Shown: positions 1-8,812 of the stretch, one piece after another
Layout of the letters: the number at the start of each line of letters is the position of its first letter
How positions within the stretch are numbered: position 1 is the stretch's first letter
DNA from: a virus
Direction: 5' to 3' (one strand)
Virus record (IMG/VR): IMGVR_UViG_3300017917_002108
Coordinates: 82,605 to 146,604 of that record
Length of the DNA: 64,000 bases
Made by a program: the position numbers and the translations under genes
The notes under the pieces: generated by a model
The model's input: only the letters and a program-made list of their open reading frames with translations
Databases searched by the model: none
What the model was told of the DNA's origin: nothing

Positions 1-2
1 GC

Positions 3-170
3 AAACTGGACAGAGGTTGGACCTGGCCAGTGTTACCTATTCTAAGCATCCTTAAAATTGCCGATGTTAATAACACTAAAATGTCATTGAGTAACGAAGG
101 TGCTATTCAGATCACTCTAGACAGCGGTCTTGCTACTTACAAATACATTATTCCAGCACAGGCGGCCTAA
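3..170 (+). CDS. C-terminal fragment of DNA polymerase sliding clamp (T4 gp45-like), truncated by window edge
   Basis: Manual translation ...WPVLPILSILKIADVNNTKMSLSNEGAIQITLDSGLATYKYIIPAQAA*, resembling the gp45/PCNA C-terminus; TAA overlaps the next ATG. Confidence 0.6.
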   Translation, partial: KLDRGWTWPVLPILSILKIADVNNTKMSLSNEGAIQITLDSGLATYKYIIPAQAA

Positions 171-538
171 TGATTAATAACATTAGTAGTTCTAGCCAGC
201 ATCTCTATGCCGCAGGAGGTAGTTCAATGCCCTATGTGTCAGTGAATCATAATAATCCTTCATCAGGCATGTTACGTCTCAATGGTTCCGATATGGAAGT
301 GTTTGACGGCAATACATGGATGAAAATTTATGCCAGTTCTGCCAACGTCGGCCTAAATAGTGATGCGGAACAGGCTGTTTCTTGGGCCATCAAACGTATG
401 AAACAAGAAAAAGAGTGGTATGAGTTGGCTACAACTAATGAAGCAGTTCGTATAGCATTAGATCAGTTAGAACAGGCAAAGACAAGATTAGAACTCACAA
501 CAATATTGGCAAAAGAACATGAACAGACAACCAGTTAA
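170..538 (+). CDS. hypothetical protein
   Basis: 122-aa ORF coupled to both neighbours; helical C-terminus. Confidence 0.7.
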   Translation: MINNISSSSQHLYAAGGSSMPYVSVNHNNPSSGMLRLNGSDMEVFDGNTWMKIYASSANVGLNSDAEQAVSWAIKRMKQEKEWYELATTNEAVRIALDQLEQAKTRLELTTILAKEHEQTTS

Positions 539-2060
539 TTTAACACCTTTACAGAAAGACTATGCCGTTTATCTACCTGCGATAAGTTGTTTCTTTTCTA
601 CCTATATCAGTAAACAGAGATTTGATAAATTTGTACCGGACGATAGGATTCCTCAGGGATTTGATCGTGGTATCGAAGGTATGAATTTTCTAAATCCTGA
701 ACAAGGGTATTTTACCTACAAGTATGGTCTGTATTCTGCGGGTCATGCACAATTAGATCTTGAAAAAACAATAATTCAAGATGCAATGATCCAAGATAGA
801 GATCGTAATAATACGGTAATCGTTGGCGATTCAGGTGGTTATCAAATTGGTAAAGGCGTTCTTAAATTTGATTGGCACAACTTCGAAGGCACAAGCGCCA
901 ATGCTACTAGAGATAAGATCCTCAATTGGCTCGAGCTGACCGCAGATTGGAGTATGTTGCTGGACGTCCCTACTTGGGCTAGTGATCACATACATAGTCC
1001 AAAAACCGGATTGAAAAGTTTTGAAGATTGTCTAAATAAGACTCTACACAATAATGACTACTTTATTCGTAATAGACTAGGACAGACTAAGTTTCTCAAT
1101 GTCTTACAAGGCAGTGATTGGGAAACTGCACAAACTTGGTACGAAGCAGTAAAACATCTACCAACTGAAGGTTGGGCCATGGGTGGTAAGAACATGTGTG
1201 ACATGGAAGTCGCACTCAAAAGACTTATCATCCTTCGTGATGACAAACTGTTAGATGATAGAAATTGGATGCACTTCTTAGGAACAGCTCAATTAGATTG
1301 GAGTTGTTATCTAACCCTGATTCAAAGACAGATTAGGAAACATGTTAATGAAAACTTTACCATTTCTTTTGACTGCGCATCACCCTTCATTGCAACCGCA
1401 CACGGACTTGTCTACACCAACGCCCAACACACTAACAAACGCTGGTCAGTCATCATGGACAAAGCCCCAGACAACAAAGCCCTTAGCCAGGCTTTTAATG
1501 TCCCCTTTCCGTTCGAATCAGAAATCGGACGTAGATTGTCAATCGGAGACATTTGCTGGTATAAACCGGGCATGTTGAATAAGGTTGGCAAAGAAGGTAA
1601 GACATCGTGGGATAGTTTTGGTTATGCGCTAATGATGGCACATAATACATACTGCCATATTGTTGCTGTACAACGTGCTAATCAATTGATGGATATCGAA
1701 ACAACAAAGATCAGTCCTAACTGGCGCCAATGGAAGAATCTCAAAGACATGGACAAAAGCGATGAATATTCCGAATGGGTTCCTCGCAATATTCTATACT
1801 TCCATAATTTTGTAGAAGAATTATTCAAGAGCGAAACTCCTATGCAGATGATTGAAGATGCTAGACCCATGTTGAATAAAATGATGGGCATGCGCCTACG
1901 TGGTGGTAACGCTAATAACACTTTTAACAAACATTTTGAAAGTGAAGAAATCGTACTAGATAAGTCAGTGTCACAGGTATCGGCCATGCCAGTACTAGAT
2001 GAAGATAAATTGGATGAGCTTGCTCATGAGTTTTTAGAACAGGAGGCTAATAATGTATGA
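519..2060 (+). CDS. dpdA: 7-deazaguanine DNA transglycosylase (TGT/queuine tRNA-ribosyltransferase-like, DpdA family)
   Basis: TGT-like motifs DSGGYQ, LDVP, VLQG, HFLG, SFD; clustered with folE, queE and a queD-like gene. Confidence 0.8.
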   Translation: MNRQPVNLTPLQKDYAVYLPAISCFFSTYISKQRFDKFVPDDRIPQGFDRGIEGMNFLNPEQGYFTYKYGLYSAGHAQLDLEKTIIQDAMIQDRDRNNTVIVGDSGGYQIGKGVLKFDWHNFEGTSANATRDKILNWLELTADWSMLLDVPTWASDHIHSPKTGLKSFEDCLNKTLHNNDYFIRNRLGQTKFLNVLQGSDWETAQTWYEAVKHLPTEGWAMGGKNMCDMEVALKRLIILRDDKLLDDRNWMHFLGTAQLDWSCYLTLIQRQIRKHVNENFTISFDCASPFIATAHGLVYTNAQHTNKRWSVIMDKAPDNKALSQAFNVPFPFESEIGRRLSIGDICWYKPGMLNKVGKEGKTSWDSFGYALMMAHNTYCHIVAVQRANQLMDIETTKISPNWRQWKNLKDMDKSDEYSEWVPRNILYFHNFVEELFKSETPMQMIEDARPMLNKMMGMRLRGGNANNTFNKHFESEEIVLDKSVSQVSAMPVLDEDKLDELAHEFLEQEANNV

Positions 2061-2262
2061 AAATCGAATCAAGCATTTACAAGAATCACATCGACTTCTT
2101 GACAATCAAATTGAAACATTGATGAAAAATGGACTCTATGAAGATCTAAAACTAGAAGAATTGAAGAAACAAAGGTTGCTTTTCAAGGACGAAATTGCTA
2201 GACTTACTAGACTGCAATGGGAACATGATCACGAAACCGTAGATTATGACGAAGAAAGATAA
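2053..2262 (+). CDS. small coiled-coil protein, DUF465/YdcH-like
   Basis: H..LD..I ... LKKQRL..KDEI pattern; AGGAGG RBS upstream. Confidence 0.5.
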   Translation: MYENRIKHLQESHRLLDNQIETLMKNGLYEDLKLEELKKQRLLFKDEIARLTRLQWEHDHETVDYDEER

Positions 2263-2455
2263 TATGATTTTACTTAGAAAAGATATAACACAGATTCAAA
2301 ATATCCTAGATAAATTTCCCAACATATCTAGTTTTGAAATCAATCAAGACAATAGCAGTGGCATTGGCTCAGTAGTCACCATGACATTCGATCATCAGAT
2401 AGAAGATATTCAAGGATCTTTTACTGTAGAAATTTCAGGCATAGAAAGTTGGTAA
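2246..2455 (+). CDS. hypothetical protein
   Basis: 69-aa ORF in operon. Confidence 0.65.
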   Translation: MTKKDNMILLRKDITQIQNILDKFPNISSFEINQDNSSGIGSVVTMTFDHQIEDIQGSFTVEISGIESW

Positions 2456-2865
2456 TCATGTATACAGAAGAACAATACGAAGAATTTCAAAATCGTATGC
2501 ACGAACGTTTTCCTAAAATGTTTGCGGGAAAATATGGCGGCTTTGCCTGTGCACCAGGTTGGTGGCCTATGCTAGAAAATCTTTGCGAAGTTATACAATC
2601 TCATATTGATCATAAAAAGGGCGAATGCTCTCAGGTTATCGTAGAACAAATCAAAGAAAAGTTTGGCACACTAAGATTTTATGTCAGCGGCGGTGACGAA
2701 TATACCAACGGTGCTATTTCTCTAGCAGAAAGCCTAAGCGGACATATGTGTGAGGAATGCGGTGCTCCTGGTAAGCGTGTCAGCGGAGGCTGGATTAAAA
2801 CACTGTGCGAATTTCATATAGCCGAAAAAGAAGCACTTAAGGCTAATACTGTTAAGGAAGATTAA
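2449..2865 (+). CDS. hypothetical phage protein with C-terminal CxxC...CxxH zinc ribbon (start possibly ATG 2458)
   Basis: QIKEKFGTLRFY motif, CEECG...TLCEFH. Confidence 0.7.
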   Translation: MVIMYTEEQYEEFQNRMHERFPKMFAGKYGGFACAPGWWPMLENLCEVIQSHIDHKKGECSQVIVEQIKEKFGTLRFYVSGGDEYTNGAISLAESLSGHMCEECGAPGKRVSGGWIKTLCEFHIAEKEALKANTVKED

Positions 2866-3422
2866 TGAAAAGAGATTACTCGTCCGGAGTATCTGACAAT
2901 ATCACCTTCTTTACAGGTGTTGAAATTGAACGGACTCCTGCATATCAAATGAAAACTCTATTTGTTGTAGGAGTTCATGATCCGTACGACATCCTAGAAA
3001 TAGTAACAGAAAGTAGATCATATTTAGACGAGTCTAAGCATATTCGTCATATCTATTTTGGTGCCAACCAAAGTTTTAAGACCAGCGGTGTAAACGATGT
3101 CGAAACTTGGCGTTCGTGGGAAAATATGATTTATGTATGTCTAGATTCTAAATATGATCTTTGGTGTACTCTAGATTTTGATGTATCCGAAACGGAGGGA
3201 TTGCTAGAAAGCGGTCTTACCGAAAAGCGTAGATTTATTCCGCAAATTAGTGTAAAATTACCTTATATTAATCAACTAGGCTATAACGCTACACTGAAGA
3301 TAGACGACAAAGATTTTTGTGCAACTAATCCTGGGGTATGGTGCCATAACCTACAGGATCTAATGGGTAGAGATAAGTTTACCGATTGGGATCAATATGG
3401 CAAGGACGAGATAATCAAATGA
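2865..3422 (+). CDS. hypothetical protein within deazaguanine cluster
   Basis: 185-aa ORF, TAATG coupling, AAGGA RBS; motifs G.E.E.T...KTLFVVG and HIYFGANQSF. Confidence 0.75.
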   Translation: MKRDYSSGVSDNITFFTGVEIERTPAYQMKTLFVVGVHDPYDILEIVTESRSYLDESKHIRHIYFGANQSFKTSGVNDVETWRSWENMIYVCLDSKYDLWCTLDFDVSETEGLLESGLTEKRRFIPQISVKLPYINQLGYNATLKIDDKDFCATNPGVWCHNLQDLMGRDKFTDWDQYGKDEIIK

Positions 3423-3772
3423 GTGGTTATGGACAAGCGATAGGTTATACTAATCAGGCAAAAGTGTCTGCGATTAGACCTGCTCGTAAAGTGAGGAAAC
3501 AAAAAGTGAAACTTACATTGAAACAACGATTTCGCAATTGGTTAAATGACACTGAAGAGGCCGATGTTCCTCAATTAGTAGAGTCAGATAGATTGTCTAG
3601 TGAAGGTATGCGTCTGCAGGTTCATAGAGCCAATGGCGGTTATGTTATAGAAACTCGTCACTATGACCATCAAAAAGATCGACACTATAATAATATCCAT
3701 ATCATCACAGACAGCGACGATCTAGGAAATAAATTAGGTCAAATCATAATGATGGAGGCATTGAAGCGATGA
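3419..3772 (+). CDS. hypothetical protein
   Basis: Start revised to ATG 3419 (ATGA overlap with upstream stop). Confidence 0.7.
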   Translation: MSGYGQAIGYTNQAKVSAIRPARKVRKQKVKLTLKQRFRNWLNDTEEADVPQLVESDRLSSEGMRLQVHRANGGYVIETRHYDHQKDRHYNNIHIITDSDDLGNKLGQIIMMEALKR

Positions 3773-3972
3773 AAGAATTTACAGTAAAAGAAAATCAGGG
3801 TTTTAGATTACGTGTAAAGAGTTGGAAGTGTCTCAGTCCTTCTAATCTAAATAGCATCGAATTTATAAATGAATCTCTAAACGAAGAGGGAGAAGTAACA
3901 ACTGCATCAACATATAATTTCTTTATGGATGACATAGAAATCAAAACTCTGTGCGAAGGAATGCTTAAGTGA
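3769..3972 (+). CDS. hypothetical protein
   Basis: ATGA overlap, GGAGG RBS. Confidence 0.65.
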   Translation: MKEFTVKENQGFRLRVKSWKCLSPSNLNSIEFINESLNEEGEVTTASTYNFFMDDIEIKTLCEGMLK

Positions 3973-4364
3973 TTATCAGACAAGATGTACGCCCACATAA
4001 AATGATTTGGGTGACCTTTCGAAAAGAAGGTATCCACAAATATCCGGCAGCCGCAACAGATCCTAATCTAGCAACAGGAGATGAATATGATGTTTCGTTT
4101 TTGGCTAATCCTCATCGCCATATTTTTCACTTTAGGGTTTGGCTTAGTGTCACCCACAATGATAGAGATGTGGAATTTATACAATTCAAGCGATGGCTCG
4201 AAAAACTGTATTCTAGCAACGAAGGTGTACTGTCGCTAGATTATAAAAGTTGTGAGATGATGAGCGACGATTTATATGCTCAGATTCACGCAAAGTATCC
4301 AGATCGTGAGGTTTGGATTGAGGTCTCCGAAGACGGAGAAAATGGTTCGTTTATCAAATACTAA
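3969..4364 (+). CDS. QueD-like T-fold protein (6-pyruvoyl tetrahydropterin synthase family), DpdL-type LxxxHRHxF variant
   Basis: EGIH, LANPHRHIF, EFIQFK, SCEM, EVSEDGENG; lacks the catalytic Cys of CxxxHGH. Confidence 0.75.
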   Translation: MIIRQDVRPHKMIWVTFRKEGIHKYPAAATDPNLATGDEYDVSFLANPHRHIFHFRVWLSVTHNDRDVEFIQFKRWLEKLYSSNEGVLSLDYKSCEMMSDDLYAQIHAKYPDREVWIEVSEDGENGSFIKY

Positions 4365-4377
4365 TAAGGAAATAAAA

Positions 4378-4632
4378 ATGGCTCGTAACTACAAGGACAT
4401 CGATTATTTTGCAAGTCGTCCTGATGTTGTGAAAGTCTGGGATGATCTAGACGCCTATCTCGACTATTGTCGATTTGAACTCTGTGAGTTCAACCCTGCA
4501 GATCTTTATCGTAAGGATTCTGCTAATTACCAATCTTACCTAGCAAGTAAGCGACCACGTAGGCCATATCAAGGTAACAAGCCTCGCTGGGATAACAACG
4601 GAAGACGCAATGGTCAAAGTTTTTCTCGTTGA
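4378..4632 (+). CDS. hypothetical protein with Arg-rich C-terminal tail
   Basis: Start revised to ATG 4378 after AAGGA RBS. Confidence 0.7.
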   Translation: MARNYKDIDYFASRPDVVKVWDDLDAYLDYCRFELCEFNPADLYRKDSANYQSYLASKRPRRPYQGNKPRWDNNGRRNGQSFSR

Positions 4633-5710
4633 TCTAGAAGCTGTTGAAACAAGGTACACAGGCGAGTGGAAAAACCACTTGCCTGCCCTGTTAAGAAAGA
4701 GAGGACACGATGTTCAAATTATCTCTGGTCCTACGGACATTCCTAGTGCCACTACTCCTGGCGCCTTTCTTAATTTTGGCGGGACTAATATCTATAAGTC
4801 TAGCCAAGTTGAGCAGATGGGCCGTTTATTTTGTGACGGAGCCATTCATCCCGGCGATCACTTTATTTTTACTGATGCTTGGCATCCTGGTATCATAAAT
4901 CTAAAGTACATGAGTGAATTACTTGGCATTCCTGTCAAGATTCACGCACTATGGCATGCCGGTAGTTATGATCCCCAAGACTTCTTAGGACGACTCGTTG
5001 GCAACAAGCCTTGGGTGAGACATGCTGAGAAATCTTTCTTTTCAGCTATCGACTATAATTATTTTGCCACAAATTTTCATATCGAACTCTTTGTGAGAAA
5101 TTTACTCAACGACGGAACCTGTGAAAATCCATATCTCAACGAGGATCTAGAAGAAATCATCGACGGAGGGTGGCCAAATATTGTAAGAAGTGGATGGCCG
5201 ATGGAATATATGGCAGATGCATTAGCCATGTATAAAAATATGCCGAAGCGAAATCTAATACTTTTTCCGCATAGGCTGGCTCCTGAAAAACAATTACCGA
5301 TATTTCAAGATCTAAAAGAGCATCTTCCTCAATATGAATTCAAAATCTGTCAAGAATATCCTTTGACAAAAAATGAATATCATAATATGTTAGGAGAAGC
5401 TAAATTAGTGTTCTCAGCTAATCTACAGGAAACACTAGGTATCAGTTGGTATGAAGGTGCTCTAGTAGATGCTATCCCAATGGTTCCGAACAGACTCAGC
5501 TATAAAGAAATGGCTTTGGACACATTTGTTTATCCCAGCGAATGGACTGAATCTTTCGAAGCATATACCGTATACAGGAAAGAAATCTGTCATAAGATAA
5601 TCCAGTATATGGAAAATTATGAAAAATTTTTACCAAGCCTAAATAAACAGGTAGATATATTAACTAAAAATTTCTTTAGTTGCGATAATCTATTAGAGAT
5701 GTTAAAATAA
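4610..5710 (+). CDS. GT-B fold (GT4-like) glycosyltransferase
   Basis: FPHRLAPEKQ and QETLGISWYEG (ExxxxxxxE, GT4 signature), YxEM; sits between the queD-like gene and folE. Confidence 0.75.
   Translation: MVKVFLVDLEAVETRYTGEWKNHLPALLRKRGHDVQIISGPTDIPSATTPGAFLNFGGTNIYKSSQVEQMGRLFCDGAIHPGDHFIFTDAWHPGIINLKYMSELLGIPVKIHALWHAGSYDPQDFLGRLVGNKPWVRHAEKSFFSAIDYNYFATNFHIELFVRNLLNDGTCENPYLNEDLEEIIDGGWPNIVRSGWPMEYMADALAMYKNMPKRNLILFPHRLAPEKQLPIFQDLKEHLPQYEFKICQEYPLTKNEYHNMLGEAKLVFSANLQETLGISWYEGALVDAIPMVPNRLSYKEMALDTFVYPSEWTESFEAYTVYRKEICHKIIQYMENYEKFLPSLNKQVDILTKNFFSCDNLLEMLK
5680..5708 (+). promoter_or_regulatory. sigma70-type promoter upstream of folE
   Basis: TTGCGA(5680-5685)-17 bp-TAAAAT(5703-5708) with extended -10 TG. 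Confidence 0.55.
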
Positions 5711-5745
5711 TATGTCATCCACGACTATAACTCGGAGAATAACAA

Positions 5746-6579
5746 TTGACAAAATTCATACCAGATCCTGTGCTTAACACAGAGATTAACAGAGAATTTA
5801 AAAAAGATGAATACGAGCCGCTAGGCAAACCGGTATATGTAAAAAAAGAAACTGCTCTAGATGCTATGGCAGGTGATGGTGGATATGAAGAAGCATATCT
5901 CGGTGACCATTTGCGTTTTAAAATGAAACGTGAAGGTAAGCGTTTTTGGGCCGGTGACAACATCAGTGACTTTTTACGCGAAGGTGATAAAGAGCGTCTA
6001 ATCGACGAAGCAACAGAGGCATTTGAACTAGTGCTTGATCGTTTACTGATTGATCGAGAAAACGATCCCAACAGCAAAGGTACAGCACGTAGATTGGCTA
6101 AGATGTATTTTAATGAAATCATGTCAGGAAGATATGATTCTCTACCGGACGCAACTGCGTTCCCTAATGATACCGAGGAAAGATATGAAGGCATGTTGGT
6201 TGTTCGTAGTGAGTTGCGTAGTATGTGCTCTCATCATCACCAGCCCGTGGTTGGTGTTGCTTATATTGGCATTATTGCCGCTAGTAAACTTATCGGCCTA
6301 TCTAAGTACACACGTATCGCACAGTGGTGTGCAAGACGTGGTACTCTCCAGGAGGAGCTTTGTAATGATATTGCTAGGGAGATCGAACGTGCCACAGGAG
6401 CCAAAGACCTAGGAGTCTATGTTCAGGCCACACATGGTTGTTGCGAGAATAGAGGTATTATGGCACATAGTAGTCTAACACAAACTACTGTGTTAAAAGG
6501 CGCCTTCAAAGAAGATGCAGGTACAAAGAAAGAATTCTTTGATAATATTAAAATGCAACAGGAGTTTGCCCCAAGATGA
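5746..6579 (+). CDS. folE: GTP cyclohydrolase I
   Basis: SMCSHHHQP, IGLSKYTR, LQEEL, HGCCENRG; TTG start after GGAGA RBS; N-terminal extension. Confidence 0.95.
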   Translation: MTKFIPDPVLNTEINREFKKDEYEPLGKPVYVKKETALDAMAGDGGYEEAYLGDHLRFKMKREGKRFWAGDNISDFLREGDKERLIDEATEAFELVLDRLLIDRENDPNSKGTARRLAKMYFNEIMSGRYDSLPDATAFPNDTEERYEGMLVVRSELRSMCSHHHQPVVGVAYIGIIAASKLIGLSKYTRIAQWCARRGTLQEELCNDIAREIERATGAKDLGVYVQATHGCCENRGIMAHSSLTQTTVLKGAFKEDAGTKKEFFDNIKMQQEFAPR

Positions 6580-6779
6580 GAAAAGAAATGATCGGTGTTT
6601 TGAAACAACATTTTGAAGCACATATTTTAAAACACAAAATGAATGTAGATATTATGCTAGGCAACCCTAGAGCTATTCCAGAACATACAGATCTTATGGA
6701 TGCTATAGAAAAAGAAGTTGCACAGATTGCCGAGTACATGGATAAACTAGAAGTAATGGAAAAGTACTTTAAGGATTAA
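6576..6779 (+). CDS. hypothetical helical protein
   Basis: 67-aa ORF, ATGA overlap. Confidence 0.7.
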   Translation: MRKEMIGVLKQHFEAHILKHKMNVDIMLGNPRAIPEHTDLMDAIEKEVAQIAEYMDKLEVMEKYFKD

Positions 6780-6781
6780 TC

Positions 6782-7000
6782 ATGGCCACTGCAAAAGACC
6801 TAATGGATAATCTTATATATAGAGCTAAAAACATTCAAGAATTTATTGTAGAACGAGAGTGGGAGTTGATTCCCAGCGGAGTGGTAAGATATAATATTCA
6901 ACATACCCAAGGCGAACTAGCTAGAATTTTCGTTCATGCAATGACACAAGATGAAGCAGAAAGATTAGTCGATGATTGGTTCGAAGAGGCAGAAGAATAA
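6782..7000 (+). CDS. hypothetical protein
   Basis: 72-aa ORF, AAGGA RBS. Confidence 0.7.
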   Translation: MATAKDLMDNLIYRAKNIQEFIVEREWELIPSGVVRYNIQHTQGELARIFVHAMTQDEAERLVDDWFEEAEE

Positions 7001-7425
7001 TGCGATTCTTTTCTCCTCTACGCGATGACCTTATGGTCCAACAACAAGTAGATGATGCATGGCAACATTTTGTAGGTGTCATTATGCTCAATCAAACAGG
7101 AAGGAAGGCAGTAAAGACTACACTTCCAGAATTCCTATATTGGTTTCCTACTCCTCATTCTTTATTACAGGCCAACGAAGAATTCGTAAAAAGCATAATC
7201 GCTCCATTAGGTATGGTCAATATAAGATATAAGAGATTAAGAGGCATGTCCGAAGATTATCTATTATGGAATGGTGATAACGCTACCAAATTATACGGTA
7301 TCGGAAAATATGGCAGTGACAGCTATGAAATATTTTTCAAAGAAAATTACAGCGTAGAGCCAACAGATAAAGAACTTAAGCGATATCTTAACGAGGAGAT
7401 CTTCAATGTTGTTAAAGTTACTTGA
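7000..7425 (+). CDS. HhH-GPD DNA glycosylase, MBD4-like
   Basis: W...VGVIMLNQT, IAPLG, HhH LYGIGKYGSDSYEIF, PTDKEL (catalytic Asp position as in MBD4); start revised to ATG 7000. Confidence 0.8.
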   Translation: MRFFSPLRDDLMVQQQVDDAWQHFVGVIMLNQTGRKAVKTTLPEFLYWFPTPHSLLQANEEFVKSIIAPLGMVNIRYKRLRGMSEDYLLWNGDNATKLYGIGKYGSDSYEIFFKENYSVEPTDKELKRYLNEEIFNVVKVT

Positions 7426-7876
7426 AAGATTAGGTCGAAAACGAATCATATTTGATCGTGTGCATAACGAACCGTATCTAGAAAGATATTATCTCTTTTT
7501 AAAAGAGCGTGAACGTTTTCCCTTTAATGTATTCTTGCATAAGTTCTTAAAGGGAGATCCAGACGATGTCCATGATCATCCATGGCCATACGCAACATTG
7601 ATATTGAAAGGTGGGTATTATGAATGGGTTCCACAGTTTGATGATCAAGGCCTTAAATCTTGTGAGGTGCGAAAGTGGCGCGGTCCTGGTCATTTTCGTA
7701 TATGTAGTCCTAACTCGTATCACCGCATTGAGCTTAAACCTGGCGTAACTGCATGGACATTGTTTATGCCTGGTCCTCACAAACGTGATTGGGGATTTCT
7801 TGTAAACAACAAATGGATACAACACGAACAGTATCTAAAGGAGAGATATGAACAAGCTCGTAATCGACCAGCGTGA
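7406..7876 (+). CDS. cupin-fold metal-binding protein
   Basis: HDHPW...ILKGGYYE...HRIEL...WTLF (HxH-E-H cupin ligands). Confidence 0.65.
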   Translation: MLLKLLERLGRKRIIFDRVHNEPYLERYYLFLKERERFPFNVFLHKFLKGDPDDVHDHPWPYATLILKGGYYEWVPQFDDQGLKSCEVRKWRGPGHFRICSPNSYHRIELKPGVTAWTLFMPGPHKRDWGFLVNNKWIQHEQYLKERYEQARNRPA

Positions 7877-8432
7877 ACTTCAAGGACTGGTTGCAAAAAT
7901 ATGTAGAGACATAACACAAAGTAATTGGAAACCAGATTATATCGTAGGAATCACTCGTGGTGGGCTGATTCCTGCTGTCATGATCAGTCAATATTTGAAT
8001 ATTCCAATGTGGACTCTTAATGTCAGTCTCAGAGACAACAACGAAGGCGAAAGTAACCTATGGATGGCCGAAGATGCTCTCGGACCTAATAGTAGAGATA
8101 GATTCATAGACGATCCAGACGATGTTGCAGGTGTCTTGAAGGCTGCAAGCGAGTTATTAGAAGCTGGCACATTCAAAGAAATATTATTAGTAGACGATAT
8201 CAACGACACAGGCTCCACATTTAATTGGATTATAAACGATTGGAAATCTAGTTGCTTTCCCGAAGATCCAGCTTGGGATGAAGTTTGGAATCAAAATGTT
8301 AGATTCGCTGTTTTAATAGATAATCTTTCCAGTGACTGTGAATACAGTATGGATTATGTGGGTAAAGAAATTAATAAATCGGAAAACAATGTGTGGGTAG
8401 ATTTTCCATGGGAAGAATGGTGGACAAAATGA
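7848..8432 (+). CDS. type I phosphoribosyltransferase (xanthine/guanine PRT-like)
   Basis: IVGITRGGLIPA, PRPP loop LLVDDINDTGST, C-terminal WVDFPWE. Confidence 0.85.
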   Translation: MNKLVIDQRELQGLVAKICRDITQSNWKPDYIVGITRGGLIPAVMISQYLNIPMWTLNVSLRDNNEGESNLWMAEDALGPNSRDRFIDDPDDVAGVLKAASELLEAGTFKEILLVDDINDTGSTFNWIINDWKSSCFPEDPAWDEVWNQNVRFAVLIDNLSSDCEYSMDYVGKEINKSENNVWVDFPWEEWWTK

Positions 8433-8812
8433 TTAAAGTAGTACAAGAACAACCAAATGATATCGATGAATCTAAGGCCCCTTGGACTGAACTTGTTGAA
8501 GAAGATTATCATGTGAAAGTATTTCAAGACAAATATCCAGTCACTGAAGGTCATCTATTATTTGTGCCTAAATATAACACAGTACATGTTCTAATGGATG
8601 CTATGGAAGATGCTGTAAGATATGGATTACAAAAAGTAGAAACCAAAGAGTGGGATGGGTTTAATCTAGGTATCAACATAGGACAAGCAGCAGGTCAAAC
8701 TGTTGGTTGGCCGCATGTTCATCTAATTCCAAGACGCCAAGGCGATATGGAAGATCCCACAGGTGGTGTCAGACATGTAATACCAGAAAGAGGTAATTAT
8801 AGAAAGTGGTAA
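8429..8812 (+). CDS. HIT family hydrolase
   Basis: DKYPVTEGHLLFVPK, AGQTV, HVHLIPR; start revised to ATG 8429. Confidence 0.9.
   Translation: MIKVVQEQPNDIDESKAPWTELVEEDYHVKVFQDKYPVTEGHLLFVPKYNTVHVLMDAMEDAVRYGLQKVETKEWDGFNLGINIGQAAGQTVGWPHVHLIPRRQGDMEDPTGGVRHVIPERGNYRKW

Noticed and set aside
519-2060. Canonical tRNA-guanine transglycosylase (tgt) for queuosine tRNA modification
   Set aside because: Lacks the CxCxxC zinc motif of bacterial Tgt; phage context with folE/queE favours a DNA-acting DpdA, though tRNA activity is not formally excluded
5711-5745. Canonical preQ1-I riboswitch
   Set aside because: No 5-bp P1 stem with the typical loop and A-rich tail; kept only as a weak novel-leader candidate
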